A stretch of 61,911 bases of DNA from the NCBI GenBank assembly GCA_012026655.1, contig JAAILG010001787.1, positions 1 to 61,911 on the forward strand, written 5' to 3'. The DNA is from Hydrolagus affinis. Its lineage: Eukaryota. Below, piece by piece: positions 25,806-38,075 of this stretch (position 1 is the first letter of the stretch; every line of letters begins with the position of its first letter). The notes below the pieces were generated by a model. That model was not told where the DNA came from, searched no databases, and was given only the letters and a program-made list of their open reading frames with translations. A program made the translations under genes and the position numbers.

Positions 25806-27739
25806 GGGAAATATATAAAGGGGTATTGGGGAAGATAATAGGAGAGTGACGCAAAACATGATGGGATGATTAGCATCTTCTGTGCTGTAAATTTCTCCTA
25901 GATCCAGAAACTGAAAGATTCATTATAAACACATAGTCATCACTAATGAGTTATTGTACATATCCTAATATCCTCTGAAGTAGGGGAGGTATGTATAATG
26001 TACGAACACTGAAGGTGTTCCTCATAAAATGTTTGCACTAATACAGTAAATTGGTGAGATTTCCAATGTGCAGTATTTTCAGTCATGTAGATGTAAAATG
26101 CCTCAAGGCATGTGACAAAGAACAATGTTTCTGATGCCAAACCTCTGGCATGTGGTCCATTTCTACCTGCGGGTAGTATCTTCAAAGCAATATTTCCCTG
26201 TGAATCACAGATATGGCACAGTTTTTGAGAATGTTAACATTGTTGGAAATTTAAAGAAAAATGGGAACTCTGCCAATTTATAATAACAACCCCAAAGTCA
26301 CAATAATCCAATAAAGTGAGTTATTGATCCAATAATAAAGTGAGTTATTGATGCAATATCATTTAGCAACTTCTCCAAGGAATGATTGTTGTTGACATTT
26401 GATGACATCCTGAATTCCAATCGCCACAGATGGTTACTATTCGGGGATACTTTCAGCAAAAAAAGGGGGAAAGATTCCAACTGGGTCCGGATTCTATGCT
26501 CTTTATGTGGTACATATATTTTAAAGGGGCCAGAATTCTGCAAATTGTTTCATTTAGCCTTTGAAGCTTGCAGTTCTTAAAATAAACTTGTAGTAAACCA
26601 GCTTCAAAATTAAGCATGTATTTAAAAAATTACCAAATTTTGGACTTTGAAATACTACATTAATAGGTGAATATGAACCGAGGGAACATTTCTTCGAAAT
26701 AGGGGGTGTGGACTTGTGAATCAATCAAATTACAGAAATATAGTTCAGGAACACTAATTGCTGATGAGATGCTGATGGGTTTCTGTGAAACACTCATGGG
26801 TCATGTTTCACATAGGAATTGTCTGGAGCTAAATGTGACTCATTAGAAAATTACTTTTTATCAACTCTACTACTTGATACAAATGCAGTTACTCCACTGT
26901 TTAACTTATTTTGATTTCTATGAAATTTCCCTCATAACTCATAAAATGTTGATGCATCTTTCATTTCTCTTCTCCTGGCAAAGTTTCCCAGAGATGGTCC
27001 AACAAATCAGGAACATGCATTGCAATGTAAAAGTGTCCAAGGATCACTATTGCAATCATACAACAGGGCGGGCATTCATCATACAGGTACAGCACGAAAC
27101 CATGTTTAAATCCTACTTGCTACCTACAATGCATTGGCCATTGTGTTGCAAGAAAAGGCTGCTGATACATATGTTTTAGAAACAAACATTGATAGCTGTA
27201 GTGCATAAGAAACACTGGTTAGGTTACTGTTCAATTCAATTGAGTTAAAAAATAACGTTGATATTTCAGCAAAATCTAGTGTATTGACCAGACATTGGGA
27301 ATTCATTTAATGGCAAGTACTACTGGAACTTCTCACTATACATCATTAAGATATACATTGTTTAGATTATACGTTGTTGATGAATTAATCATCAACAATA
27401 AAAAATTGAAAATTGGTTTAATTGAAGGGATATTAGCTGATTAGATTTTATATTAGTTGTTTAGTAAATATATAAATAAGATAATAAGTACAATTAAGAG
27501 ATATAATTGTACTTTTATTTCATTTATATATTATAAACATTTATTTTAATTTTCAAAACATGTGGTGGTGTTTTTGGTCTTTATTTAATATGAGTGTAAG
27601 AAAATTTAGACCAGAAATGTACCAAAGGAACGTAACTCCTATTTATATCATTAGGGCCAATGGCAATTTAGGTTTCGCTATACGTGGTTTCAATTAATGT
27701 CGCACTTTTCATGAACACATCTCCAACGTTAATTGAGGA

Positions 27740-28108
27740 GTCCAGTATTCCCCTTCCCTCCCCTCTCAGCATTCTGAAGGGACCATTCCCTCCGTGACTC
27801 CCTGGTTCATTCCTCCATAGAAACCAATTCATTCCCCTTCCCCCGGCAGCTTCCCATACCAGCGCAGGACGTGCAATACCTGCCCTTTCACCTCTTCCCA
27901 AACCACTGTCCAAGGCCCCAAGCACAGTTTTTATGTGAGACACCGATTTACATGTACTGTACTACCACTAATGTAGTATATTGCATCCTCTGCTCACGAA
28001 GCGGTATCCTCTACATTAGGGACACCAAATGCAGATTTGCTGAACACCTCCATTCTGTCAGGAAATATAACCCTGACTTGCTGGTTTCATGACATTTTAA
28101 CTTTCCTT
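27740..28108 (+). mobile_element. Penelope-like element GIY-YIG endonuclease relic
   Basis: RDHSLRDSLVHSS..FP..RRTCNTCPFTSS..VQGPKHSF.VR..FTC / TNVVYCILCS..LYI..TK..FAEHLHSV. Frameshifted. Confidence 0.85.
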
Positions 28109-28359
28109 GAATCATTGAATTATACAGCACAGATGGAGGCCATTCAGCCCATCGTGTCTTTGCTAGCTCTTTAAAAAGAGCTGTCAAAATCAATCCAACT
28201 CCTCTGTTTGTTCTCTATAGCCTTGCAAACCTGTCCTCCTGAAATAATGATCGACTTCCACTCTTCAGAATCTGAAAAGACGTGGATGGGAGGATTGCAG
28301 TGAAGATTTCCAACCTTTCAGCAAGGAGTAAACTATGGTAAGACAACATAGATTGGTGG

Positions 28360-28690
28360 AACAACAACAACAACAAAATTAAACTTGTATAGCACCTTTC
28401 AAGTCAGGAGGATATCCCAAGGCATTAGACGGTCATTTTTTCAGACCTGAGCTATGGTTGGGGAGGATGGACAGAAAGGGGGTAATTTGGGGTGAGCGAT
28501 GGGAATGTCGAAGAGGAGGGTCTTGAGGTGGGCCTTGAAGTAGGCTAGGGAGCCTGCTGATTGGAGGGGGTGGGCAGCTTGGTAGAGGGTTCAGGAGATC
28601 GCATAGATAAGGTGAGGCCGTGGAGGATTTTGAAGGTGAGGACCAGTATCTTGAATTGGATGCTCTCGGTGATGGGGAGCCAATGGAGTC
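28360..28690 (-). mobile_element. Degraded L2 3' fragment (second tail type)
   Basis: (AAC)n tail, CACCTTTCAAGTCAGGAGGATATCCCAAGGC, and GGATTTTGAAGGTGAGGACCAGTATCTTGAATTG (reverse of FKILVLTFK). Confidence 0.75.
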
Positions 28691-28857
28691 GAATCAGAAC
28701 TGCAAAGTTTTATTTAAGTGAGATTTTACACCTGCTGATAGAATTATTGTCATATGTTTGACAAAATGTGACTTGAATAAGTTTTCAAATCTTACTACAA
28801 TAGAAAATATCATGAAGCAGTACAGATGTTTCTGTATAATTTTGATTTGCAATGCAA

Positions 28858-29160
28858 TATAATAATAATCCTTGAATTTAATATAGTGCTTTTCACATCT
28901 TCTAGACATCTCAAAGCGCTTCACAGTATCCTGTAAAATGAATTGACTGTATATTTGTGGGTGAAATGCGGCAGCCAATTGCGCACAACAGTGTCCCACA
29001 AACATTCATGGATTGAAATGGCCAATTTTGTATTTTTTTTAGAGATTACTATCAGACGTGTGGAGTAAGGAAACTTGCCCAAGGTTTCACTCTGCTTGGA
29101 ATCAAACCCCGGTCTCTCGCATAGAAGGCCAGTGCTCTAACCACTGAACTACAGGACTCC
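28858..29160 (-). mobile_element. tRNA-derived Deu-type SINE, full length
   Basis: (TAA)n reverse tail, Deu core, ends ACAGGACTCC. Confidence 0.9.
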
Positions 29161-30182
29161 ACAATATGTCCAACAAACAGTTCTGTTGTCTTTTTATGTG
29201 AATGTTGATCTGAATACACATTTCAAAAAAGCAAAGAATGCAATATTTATATGGAGGAATAAATTTGCAAGTGTTGCTACATGAACATGTTATTAATAGC
29301 AGGAGGTATAAGATCAAACAACAACATCTGTTGCAGAAAGTGTCAGAGTTGCACAAAGGCAAGAGACTAGGCAACATGATGGAAGAGTTATATCTGTGCA
29401 GTACATGAAATGGGAATGGAAAATAGGAAGGGTTAGATAAAATCATCTAGTTAAAGCATCTCTGTTAAATAAAACTTTAAAATATATATCTTTGTACTAT
29501 AAAGCCAATGCATAAGAAAGTATACTTGTTAATATACATCAGAGTTAAATTGCAGAGAAGTCCACGGAGATTTCTATTTCTCTGGGCTGACTAGATTATT
29601 CCATAGTTCAGTGCACACACTTTGATATTGAAACAAAAACTAATATTACAAAACAAATCTACTCAAATATTGGGATGGGTTTATTATTGCAAATACTAGC
29701 CCTAACACACCAAGCAAAATCTTAAAATAGAACTGAAATAAAATGAAATCATTAACTCTTTGCTTTACCTTTTCTAATCTCTTTCTCTACACATTTTTAA
29801 ATTTAAAACCTGCTACATGCCTTTATGTGTCTCTGGTTTACCTCCAAGGATACAGAAAAGCTTTGTAAAAATTGTAAGATATGTTTTTAGCCAATTGTAT
29901 TTGAACCAAGATTGTTAAGGTGATAGACAGAACCAGGTCATTTTTTGTGGCAATTTTAATAGTAATTCATGCATTTGATTGAGTGCCTATCAGTTTGAAA
30001 TGTCTCAAAATATTTTTGCAGGAAATTGCTGCAAATGTAATGACTGTATTTTGCAAATAGTGCAATCAACTTGCAGACTGCAAAGCCCCACAAATATCTA
30101 TGAAGTTAATGATTACATTTTCCTGAGGATAAACATATGTATTTACTGTTAGCTAATTGCATAATATCATCATATAACTATG

Positions 30183-30300
30183 TAGTTCCTGTAGCTCAGT
30201 GGTGAGAGCACTCGCCTTACAAGCATGAAAGCTGTGCTCGAATTCAGGCAAAACCATGGGCAAGTTTCCTTACTCCACAAGCCTAATAATAATCCATCCA
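30183..30300 (+). mobile_element. SINE head (tRNA-like part only)
   Basis: CCTGTAGCTCAGTGGTGAGAGCACTCGCCTTACAAGC..GGGCAAGTTTCCTTACTCCA. Confidence 0.8.
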
Positions 30301-30844
30301 AAAGCGTCTCCCGAGCTGGCATGATGGCCTTGGAGTTAAACTTAGAACTTTGGAGGTGAACAGTGGGTCAATTAATGCAATAATTACACTGCTGATATTT
30401 GACTATTGTCAGAAATGTTGCTCCTGTTTTCTGCCTGAAAGTGAACAACTCCTCTCATCCGTGATTTCGTAAGACTAAGCCTATGGTGTGTTGAACTTTC
30501 CATTCTGTGAGCCAAGACTTTTGAATGTCAGTTCATGGGATACTGGGACACTACCCTGCATCAGTGGCACTATATAAATCCAAGTTGTTGTTAACTGAAC
30601 AAAATATCTGAGTAAAACTACTCGTTTGTGGGTCGGCAAACCGAACGCTGGCCACAGGTGATTCTGGGCTCAAACAGTGTGATAACCCCACCAGTGTGGA
30701 ATGTTTTATACTGAGATAATAAATACTTCTTAAAATTTAACCCGATGTAATAGTTTGAGGCAAGTGTAGACACTAGTTTCCCACACAACGTAAAATCACT
30801 GCTCTTAATGGTTTATCTTGAATGATTCAATACAATAATCTCAA

Positions 30845-31104
30845 TAACAATTTTTGCATTTGTTATAGTACTTTTCACGTCTTCTAGATGTTTCAAAGCA
30901 CTTCACAGAATATACTCTAAAGCGAATTGACTGTGAGTGAAACGCAGCAGCCAATTGAGCAAAGCAGTGTCCCACAAACAGTTGTGGATTGAAATGACAA
31001 TTTTTTTTTACTTGAGGGATTATGAGGGATCAGGTGTGTGGAGTAAGGAAATTTGCCCAAGGTTTCGCCCTGCCAGGAATTGGACCTAGGTTTCTCGCTT
31101 GCAC
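30845..31104 (-). mobile_element. Deu-type SINE, 5'-truncated
   Basis: Same family on the reverse strand. Confidence 0.85.
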
Positions 31105-31144
31105 TAACGTTTTAAACGGTTTAAATGTTAAAACTCTGCATCCT

Positions 31145-31545
31145 GCATCCTCGAGGCTCCACACCACCATCACCCCAGCTCTTGTTATACTCCATTGGCT
31201 GCCTGCTGCAGAACAGATTGATTTTAAGATCCTCACTTTCACTTTAAAATATCTTATTCCCTGGTGCCTCCCTACCTCTTAGATCTGTTCACAGCCTATT
31301 CCTCTACCCACCGCCTTTGCTCAGTTGACACGGGTGTCCTGTACATCAGTATAGTTCGTGGCTGTGTTTTCAGCCAATACGCTGCAAATCTCTGGAACTC
31401 CTTGCCGGATTCCCTCATTCTTGCCCCCTCTTTGCCCATCTTCAAATCAGATCTGATAACTTTCCTCTTTAACTGTGCCTTCAGTCACCTCCCTCTGTCC
31501 CAACTTTCTGACTTGGCAGAAAGCTACGGCACTGTTCAACACTCC
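31145..31545 (+). mobile_element. L2 3' fragment
   Basis: ITPALVILHWLP..IDFKILTFTLK and FSQYAANLWNSLP. Confidence 0.8.
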
Positions 31546-33420
31546 AAGATACAAATTATATATACTATCTCTATTTGTGAATCTCCTCCTTGCTGCATTC
31601 AACAGAAGATAACGTGTTTCGATTATACGCAAGCACTGACAAAGGCTGAAAAATTGACAGATAACAGAAACGATAACTCCCAAGGCATCACCTGACATTA
31701 TTATATTTATTACTGCAGCAAAATAACGTTACAATCATCAACAACAACATTGAATGTACTGAGTCTATTAGACATGAGATAAATAGAACATGACAGTGCC
31801 AGCAATGGAATATGATGCATATCTTGAGAAGTGAGTCTGAATGAATAAATCAGGGATGATAAAGTCAAGGGTGAGTTATAGCTGACCACAAGTGGAGCCA
31901 TTTATCATATCATGCTGCAGGCCAGGACTCGTTTGTAAAGCTGCTGTCAACTAGAAATGTATCTTAATCTATTTTTTGCGTAGATTATAATCAAGAGAAT
32001 CAGTGGGAGCAGCTTTGCGATTTCCTTATTTTAGAATATCTATTTCTTGCTTGAGATAACAACACCATGTGAATCTGACTCTTAACAGGTCTTTCTCCAA
32101 CATCCTTGAAATATGGGAAATTTCTGCAAAACACTAAAGTGTTCCCTTAGCAACTGTCCTGCAATCAGTGTGTGTGTGTAAAAGAAAGCATGTTGAAGCA
32201 CTTCTTTTCTTGTACTTGCAACCATGACAACTGCGGAATCAGTGATTTATTTTCTGTTTGACGTGAATCTTACATCTGCCATGACACTGGCAGATTCCTT
32301 TCCTATTTTGTGGCTGGGTTTATTCTGCTCATTTCGCCATGAATCATATTGGATGCACCACAAGGAGTAGTTTTTGACAGCACATTAATGTACACCTAAA
32401 TAGTATGAACATGATGGATAAGGATTGATTCCGCTCTGTTCAGAAACGTTACCTTAGTTCATGCGACTGGCATTGAGAAACCAACATCTCCCTGCAGAAT
32501 TCTACACGTGTGATGTACTTAGTTGCACCTAAGAATAACTCTCCTCAGCACTCTCCAATGCAATTAGAGCAGAGAGCAAAATTCAGTCTTCTTGCTCCTA
32601 CTCCCTTTATTGTTGGAAGCAATATGACTTTGCCTCCAGGAATGTGAGCTAAGCTTTGATGTGTGGTAAATGTGCCACATACTTACTATTTATTACCTTC
32701 TGCAATGTTTTAAGTTATAAAAGGTTCTGTCTGTCTGTCTGATTGGATTCTTAATGTACACACCTACAATTTTCACCTTTGCTGTGCCAATCGAACAATA
32801 GCACTTTCCCTCAAGTGCCAGATGTGGGCCGCTGAACGCACCTGACTCAAATCAGGTCTAATGGTCCACTGGCATACATCAAACAACCATATTACACTTA
32901 TAGAGTGCCTTTTACGTCAGGAGGATGTCCCAAGGTGCTGGTCCATTCCTGGCTGGAGCACATCAAAACATGCTGCTCTACTCTCACCTCTGCCAAATTG
33001 TCCTTCGACTCCAAGATAATCCTAGAGGTGGTGAAGCCCCATGCTCCCATTCTCTACAACCAACTGGCTCCTCTGTACACCCCCCCCACCCCCCCACCGT
33101 CCACCCCACACACACTTCGCCTATACTCTCCTCAAATTCTGACTGTGAGGAGATGCCGGATTTCTTTGAGTCCAAAATCAATGGAATTCGTTCAACTGCC
33201 TCTGCCCTCCCAACCACAACTCTCTCCCAATCTCCCCCCACACTCCGAACACCTACCCATCCCTCCTTCCACATTCTCGAACCTGTCGGTCCACCTCCTT
33301 GCTTGCCTCTCTACTCTCTAATACCATCAATCTGACCCTTCCCATACCCCTCAAAACAGCTACAATCACCCCTATCCTGAAGAAACCTTCTCTGGAAGGA
33401 TTCCTGCTATTGAAAGGGTT

Positions 33421-33458
33421 GGTTCTGACGAAGGGTCGTGAACTCGAAACGTTGACTC
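33421..33458 (+). ncRNA. Minimal type I hammerhead ribozyme motif in a Penelope-derived insert (~33395-33525)
   Basis: GGTT-CTGACGA-A-GGGT-CGTGA-ACTC-GAAA-CG-TT-GACT. Conserved core, 4-bp stem II, palindromic ACGT stem III, short stem I. Confidence 0.65.
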
Positions 33459-33766
33459 ACTTTCCTTTCTCCATGGATGCTGCCTGACCTGCTGAGTTTT
33501 CCCAGCAACTTCCGTTTTTGTTTCTTTAAAAGAGTTGTTGCTTCCCAGCTTCGCTCTTTCCTCCCATCCCCTTCACAAGCCCCTCAAATTGGGTTTCCAT
33601 GCCGCTCCGACTATTAAATCTACTCTAATCAAGGTCACAAACAACATACCAGGGTTCCCTCTGCCTCCTCGACCTCTCTGCTGACTTCAACAACGTGGAC
33701 CACTCAATCCTCCTCTACTACTTCTCCTCACACATCAACCTTCAAGGTATTGTCCCTGACTGGTTC

Positions 33767-34262
33767 TGTTAGAATCGGTAGAAACGGGCTGTGAAGGTGG
33801 GTGTATAGTGTGCTGAAGTAAGCTGAGTGGATTGGGGCTGGGACTGTTGTTAAGATCCAGCAGAAGCCAGTTTGGGTGTAAATTGTGAACAGAGGGTTCT
33901 GGGCGTTGGGCCAAGGGACAGAGGCGAACACATGCACATAATTGAGGGTTGATAAGGGTCGAGAGGGAGAGTGAAGTCGGAGTGGAGAGAGACCAAGCAA
34001 GCAACTAAGAAACCAACCAAGAAGGAGAAGAACAAAGAAGGAAAGACTGCCAGCAGTCAAGCCACTCTCAAGATATGTGCTGGGTAGTATATTGGTATAT
34101 GTGATTGTATTAAGAGAAATCCATTATTGGGGTTTGCCTTATTGTTGTTATATGCTTTAGTGTCAGCTTACTAAGCATCCCTGAATAAAGAACCTGTGTT
34201 AAAAAGAAGGAATAGAGGCTGGCTGCAACCTTATTTCTGACCTGCGAAGGTAATATCCAACA
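33767..34262 (+). mobile_element. Solo LTR (496 bp)
   Basis: TGTT...AACA termini, 4-bp TSD GTTC (33763-33766 and 34263-34266), AATAAA at 34184-34189. The flanking L2 frame rejoins when it is removed. Confidence 0.85.
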
Positions 34263-34584
34263 GTTCAGGCCTTATCACTCAAACCATCTCCAATTTGTCT
34301 CCACTATGGTTTATTTTCCAGCCCCCACACCATCTCACGTGGTGTTCCTCGGAGCTCTGTCCTCAGTCCCCTTCTCTTCAATCTCCACCACCTCCTCTGT
34401 GAAGCTCTTTGAGATGTCTAGAAGATGTGAAAAGCACTAATCAAATGCAAGGATTATTATTATTTCTTGTAGCAAGTTACTTTTCTGAACTGCAGCAATA
34501 ACCAGCATCCGGCAAGATTTTCTGCTCATATTTTATCTCAATTAAATTAGGGCATTATTGGCTTCAGCACTTCTAAACAATGCA

Positions 34585-35170
34585 ACAATAACAACTTCGA
34601 TTTATATAGCGCCCTCCACACCGGACGGCGTCCCAGAACGCTACACAATAACGGATCCCGGGCCCGAGCCAGGGGCAGGGGGAGAAAGGTGATCATAGGC
34701 ACGGTCGAAGAGAAAGGTCTTTATCTGAGACCTGAAACTGGGAAGAGAGGGGGAAAGGCAAAGGGAGCAAGGAACGGAGTTCCAGAGCCTTGGAGCGTAT
34801 GGCTGAAGGCAAGGTCGCTGATGGTGGAGCGGAGGATTCGGGGGACAAGGAGGAGGCCAGACCTGATGGAGCGAAGGCAAGGGGTGCTGGTTTGAGGAGG
34901 TCGGAGAAGTAGGGGGGTACAGAGGAGCAGAGGGATTTTAAAACAAGGGTGAGGATCTTGAAATCGATCCTCTCCAGGATAGGGAGCCAGTGAAGTCTGG
35001 CAAGGACTGGGGTACTGGGGGAGCGGAGTTTGGTGCGGGTTGAGAATGCGGGTGGCAGAGTTTTGGATGAGTTGGATTTTATGGATTGTGGTGGAGGGGA
35101 GACCGGCGAGGAGGGCATTGGAATAGTCCAGCCGAGAGGTGACAGAGGCATGGACCAGGGACCAAGGCGA
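34585..35170 (-). mobile_element. L2 3' fragment
   Basis: LVHASVTSRLDYSNALL..IQLIQNSATRIL and LARLHWLPILERIDFKIL; near-colinear with 1180-1878. Confidence 0.92.
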
Positions 35171-36859
35171 CAAAGGCGTGAACCAGACCAAGCAAGAATG
35201 CAAATTCTTGCTTCTATAAGCTTTCCCTTGGTCTCCAAGATGGATCTCCCTTTACCTTTGCGTACTATTTATTGATGTGCGGATAATATGTTCATAGAAT
35301 GTTAATATTACGCAATAGAGTCTGATTTAAAAAAAAATTGTTTGCATACACAAAACATCATTCCACTCTACATTTCTTTGTGTGAAGCTCTTTGAGAAAT
35401 CCTTTTGACGTGAAAGCTGTTATATCAAACATATGGATAATTTAACTAGGCAGGGATTATGGGGTACAATTTTTGATTCCTTTTTGCATTCCTTGTGTTA
35501 GTTGAAAAAGATTTGATGAGAACCACGAGGTGAACACCTTCTCCAGGTAAGTGCACCTTCCAGCTTACTCGACCACTACAATACTAATTTTTGAATCTGA
35601 CAATTATTTAAATCACAAGAATGGGTTGGGTGAAAAATACCCATCTGTTCATTTGATCTCCTGCCAGAGTATCCACTTTACCAAATTCCCAACACAGCAT
35701 CAAGCTGTTCTTTAAATAAATAATTCTTACCTTCGATAAAACACTTTTCACATTGGAAAGGCTTCACAGAATTTACCGTAAAATGTAAAGTATTGTGACT
35801 TTGCATTTTGTGGGTGAATGAGCTATTTAATTAACACAGTGCCTCAATCAACCTTCCTGGCTATTTGTTCCAATCATTAATTACCCTCTGATTAAAGAAA
35901 TACTTCCTGTTGGGGGACAGGTTTAGATCCCAGTCTAAATCTTGGGATCACTTGAAAATCATTTCTGGGCCAGGGAATCCTTGCACACCTCCCTCTTCAG
36001 CTGATATGGATATTCAGCTGTAAATATTACACTAAGAGGAAGTCAATTTGACATCATCCCAGTGTCCAAAAAAAAAAGGAATTAAAACAATTATACTAGG
36101 TGAGGTGGAAAAAGCAATTTCACTCATCTGTAAAATAAAGCTCCACCTAGTGGACTATTCCTTAACTAACATAATGAAGCTTAATAAGATAGTAATTCCT
36201 ACCCTCATATTGGTTGTGCCTGTTCAGCAAGTTCTGATTGTAAATCTAAGATGACACTCGAATGCAGTTGTGAGGTTTTATTGCATTGTAAGCGATGCCA
36301 CCCTTTGAATGAGACATTAAATCGAGGTCCCATCTGCCTGTTCGAGTGGATGTTAAACATCCCACAGCACTATTTGAAAAGAGAAGGGCGTTTCTCCCAG
36401 TCTCCTGGCCAAAAAACCCTCAAAATCAAATTGTCTTAAGAATTAAGATGAGACTTCTTAAGAACTTCAAATTCTGTGTTTCATGTGTGGATTGGTAGAT
36501 CCTGCTGTTTTTGAAAATTCCAAGGTAAAACGGTATTAAAGTGATGGTACTTGGCTTCATGCAATTTCCCATCGAGCGAATTACTCAGTTGTGTTGTTAG
36601 AGAAGCAAACAATTGAACACAAAATGCTTGTCTCCAGGGGGTTAGAAAGTCAGACTGTATGTCACCACAGGTAGTCGGTGCATCCAGTATAACTGCAAGA
36701 TTGGCCTTGGCAAGGGTTTGAGAAGCTTTTCCACACTCAGCCACACGGCCACGTCCTCCTGACATGAAAGACACTATACAAGTGTAATTTTGTTGTTGTT
36801 GTTGCTGATGCACTCTACTGGGAGCGATTGCCAATTATCTAACAACCGGATTCCTACTT

Positions 36860-37090
36860 ACTGCTAGGTAAACATAGGTGTGTGGAGTAAGGAAACATAC
36901 CCAATGTTTGGCCCTCCAGGTATCTAACCCAGGTCCTCTCCACTTACGAAGCGACTTATCTAACCACGCTACAGGACTCCAATATGAATTGGCTGCAACA
37001 TTCACCTACAGACTGTACAGTTGCTACACTTTACAGAATACCATGTGAAGCACTTTGAGATGTCCTGTCATGAAATGCACTGCATCAAAG
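36860..37090. mobile_element. Rearranged SINE: head on - strand (~36860-36980) joined to tail on + strand (~36985-37090)
   Basis: GGTGTGTGGAGTAAGGAAAC..CTACAGGACTCC followed at once by AATTGGCTGC..TGTGAAGCACTTTGAGATGTC. Confidence 0.65.
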
Positions 37091-37856
37091 GATCATGTTT
37101 TTATTTATGTATTTATTTAACATTGTTGTTATTTTGCACCATTAAAATTCAATCTAAAACATGAAAATAGTGCATGTAGAAATTGGTATGACTTTTGAAA
37201 ATACCATAGGACTAATTTACTTGTCAAAGCAGAGCATCTTTCTACACACTTAGAACATAAGAACAAAGAGATTTTAAAATTTGCCCTTGGGCACAACACT
37301 TACTGTTACACATACTGTATAAACGTTAATAAAACATGACAATGCTACAAACTTTTAAACTATCTGACATTTTTTCCAAATATAATATAGAATAGGTATT
37401 TAGATATTAGCAGATTTATTTTACATACACAAAATATGCCACAATTAAATTTCCCTGCAGTATTCTTGCATTGCCTTTCTAGGTAAGCTTAAATTACCTG
37501 TCTCCATGCATATAAATTACTAACGTCTTCACATTCATGAATTAGCCTCAACAGCACGTTACTTCAGTTTAATAACATCCATGCCAATCTGAAGCTTGTA
37601 CAAACTATTAACTTTTGAAACACTTCCAAAAGAGAATTTAGGAAGAGGTTTTTCAACTCAAATGTGGTGAGAATGTGGAACTCAGTGCCATAAATTGTGG
37701 TTCATGCAGAAAACATCAACACATTTAAGAGGAAATTTGAAGCATATGTGAAAGAGGAGGGAATAGAAAAGAGAGGTGGGAATAGGAGAGGCGGAAGCTC
37801 ATGTAAAATATAAATAAAATAAAATAGCAATTTGGTCACTCAATCCTCAACTGTTT

Positions 37857-38075
37857 ATGAAATCCACTACCCCAGAAGGCTGTAGATGCTCAGTCCGTGA
37901 ACATTTTCAAGGCTGAGACTGATAGATTTTTTTTTAAATAGAGGGATTAGGGGATATGGGGATAGGGCAGGTAATTAGAGTTAGGTCAGAAGATCAGCCA
38001 TGATCTTATCAAATGGCGGGGCAGGCTCGAGGGGCCGAATGGCCTACTCCTGATCCTAATTCTTATGTTCTTATG
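37857..38075 (+). mobile_element. CR1-like LINE 3' end nested in a Deu-type SINE (~37828-38222)
   Basis: GATCAGCCATGATCTTATCAAATGGCGGGGCAGGCTCGAGGGGCCGAATGGCCTACTCCTG..TTCTTATGTTCTTATGT. The SINE core is split at CAACTGTTT / TGTTTGTGGGACAC. Confidence 0.85.

Larger units (their letters stand above)
32805..34395 (+). mobile_element. Internal L2 ORF2 fragment (RT region) carrying nested insertions
   Basis: DFFESKINGIR, PIPLKTATITPILKKPSL, RVVASQL, LIKVTNNI, LLDLSADFNNVDHSILL, DWF|R.Y, GVPRSSVLSPLLF. Interrupted at ~32880-32938, ~33395-33525 and 33767-34262. Confidence 0.85.

Noticed and set aside
26307-26352. Direct repeat AATAAAGTGAGTTATTGAT x2
   Set aside because: Simple local tandem duplication; only two units, not an array.
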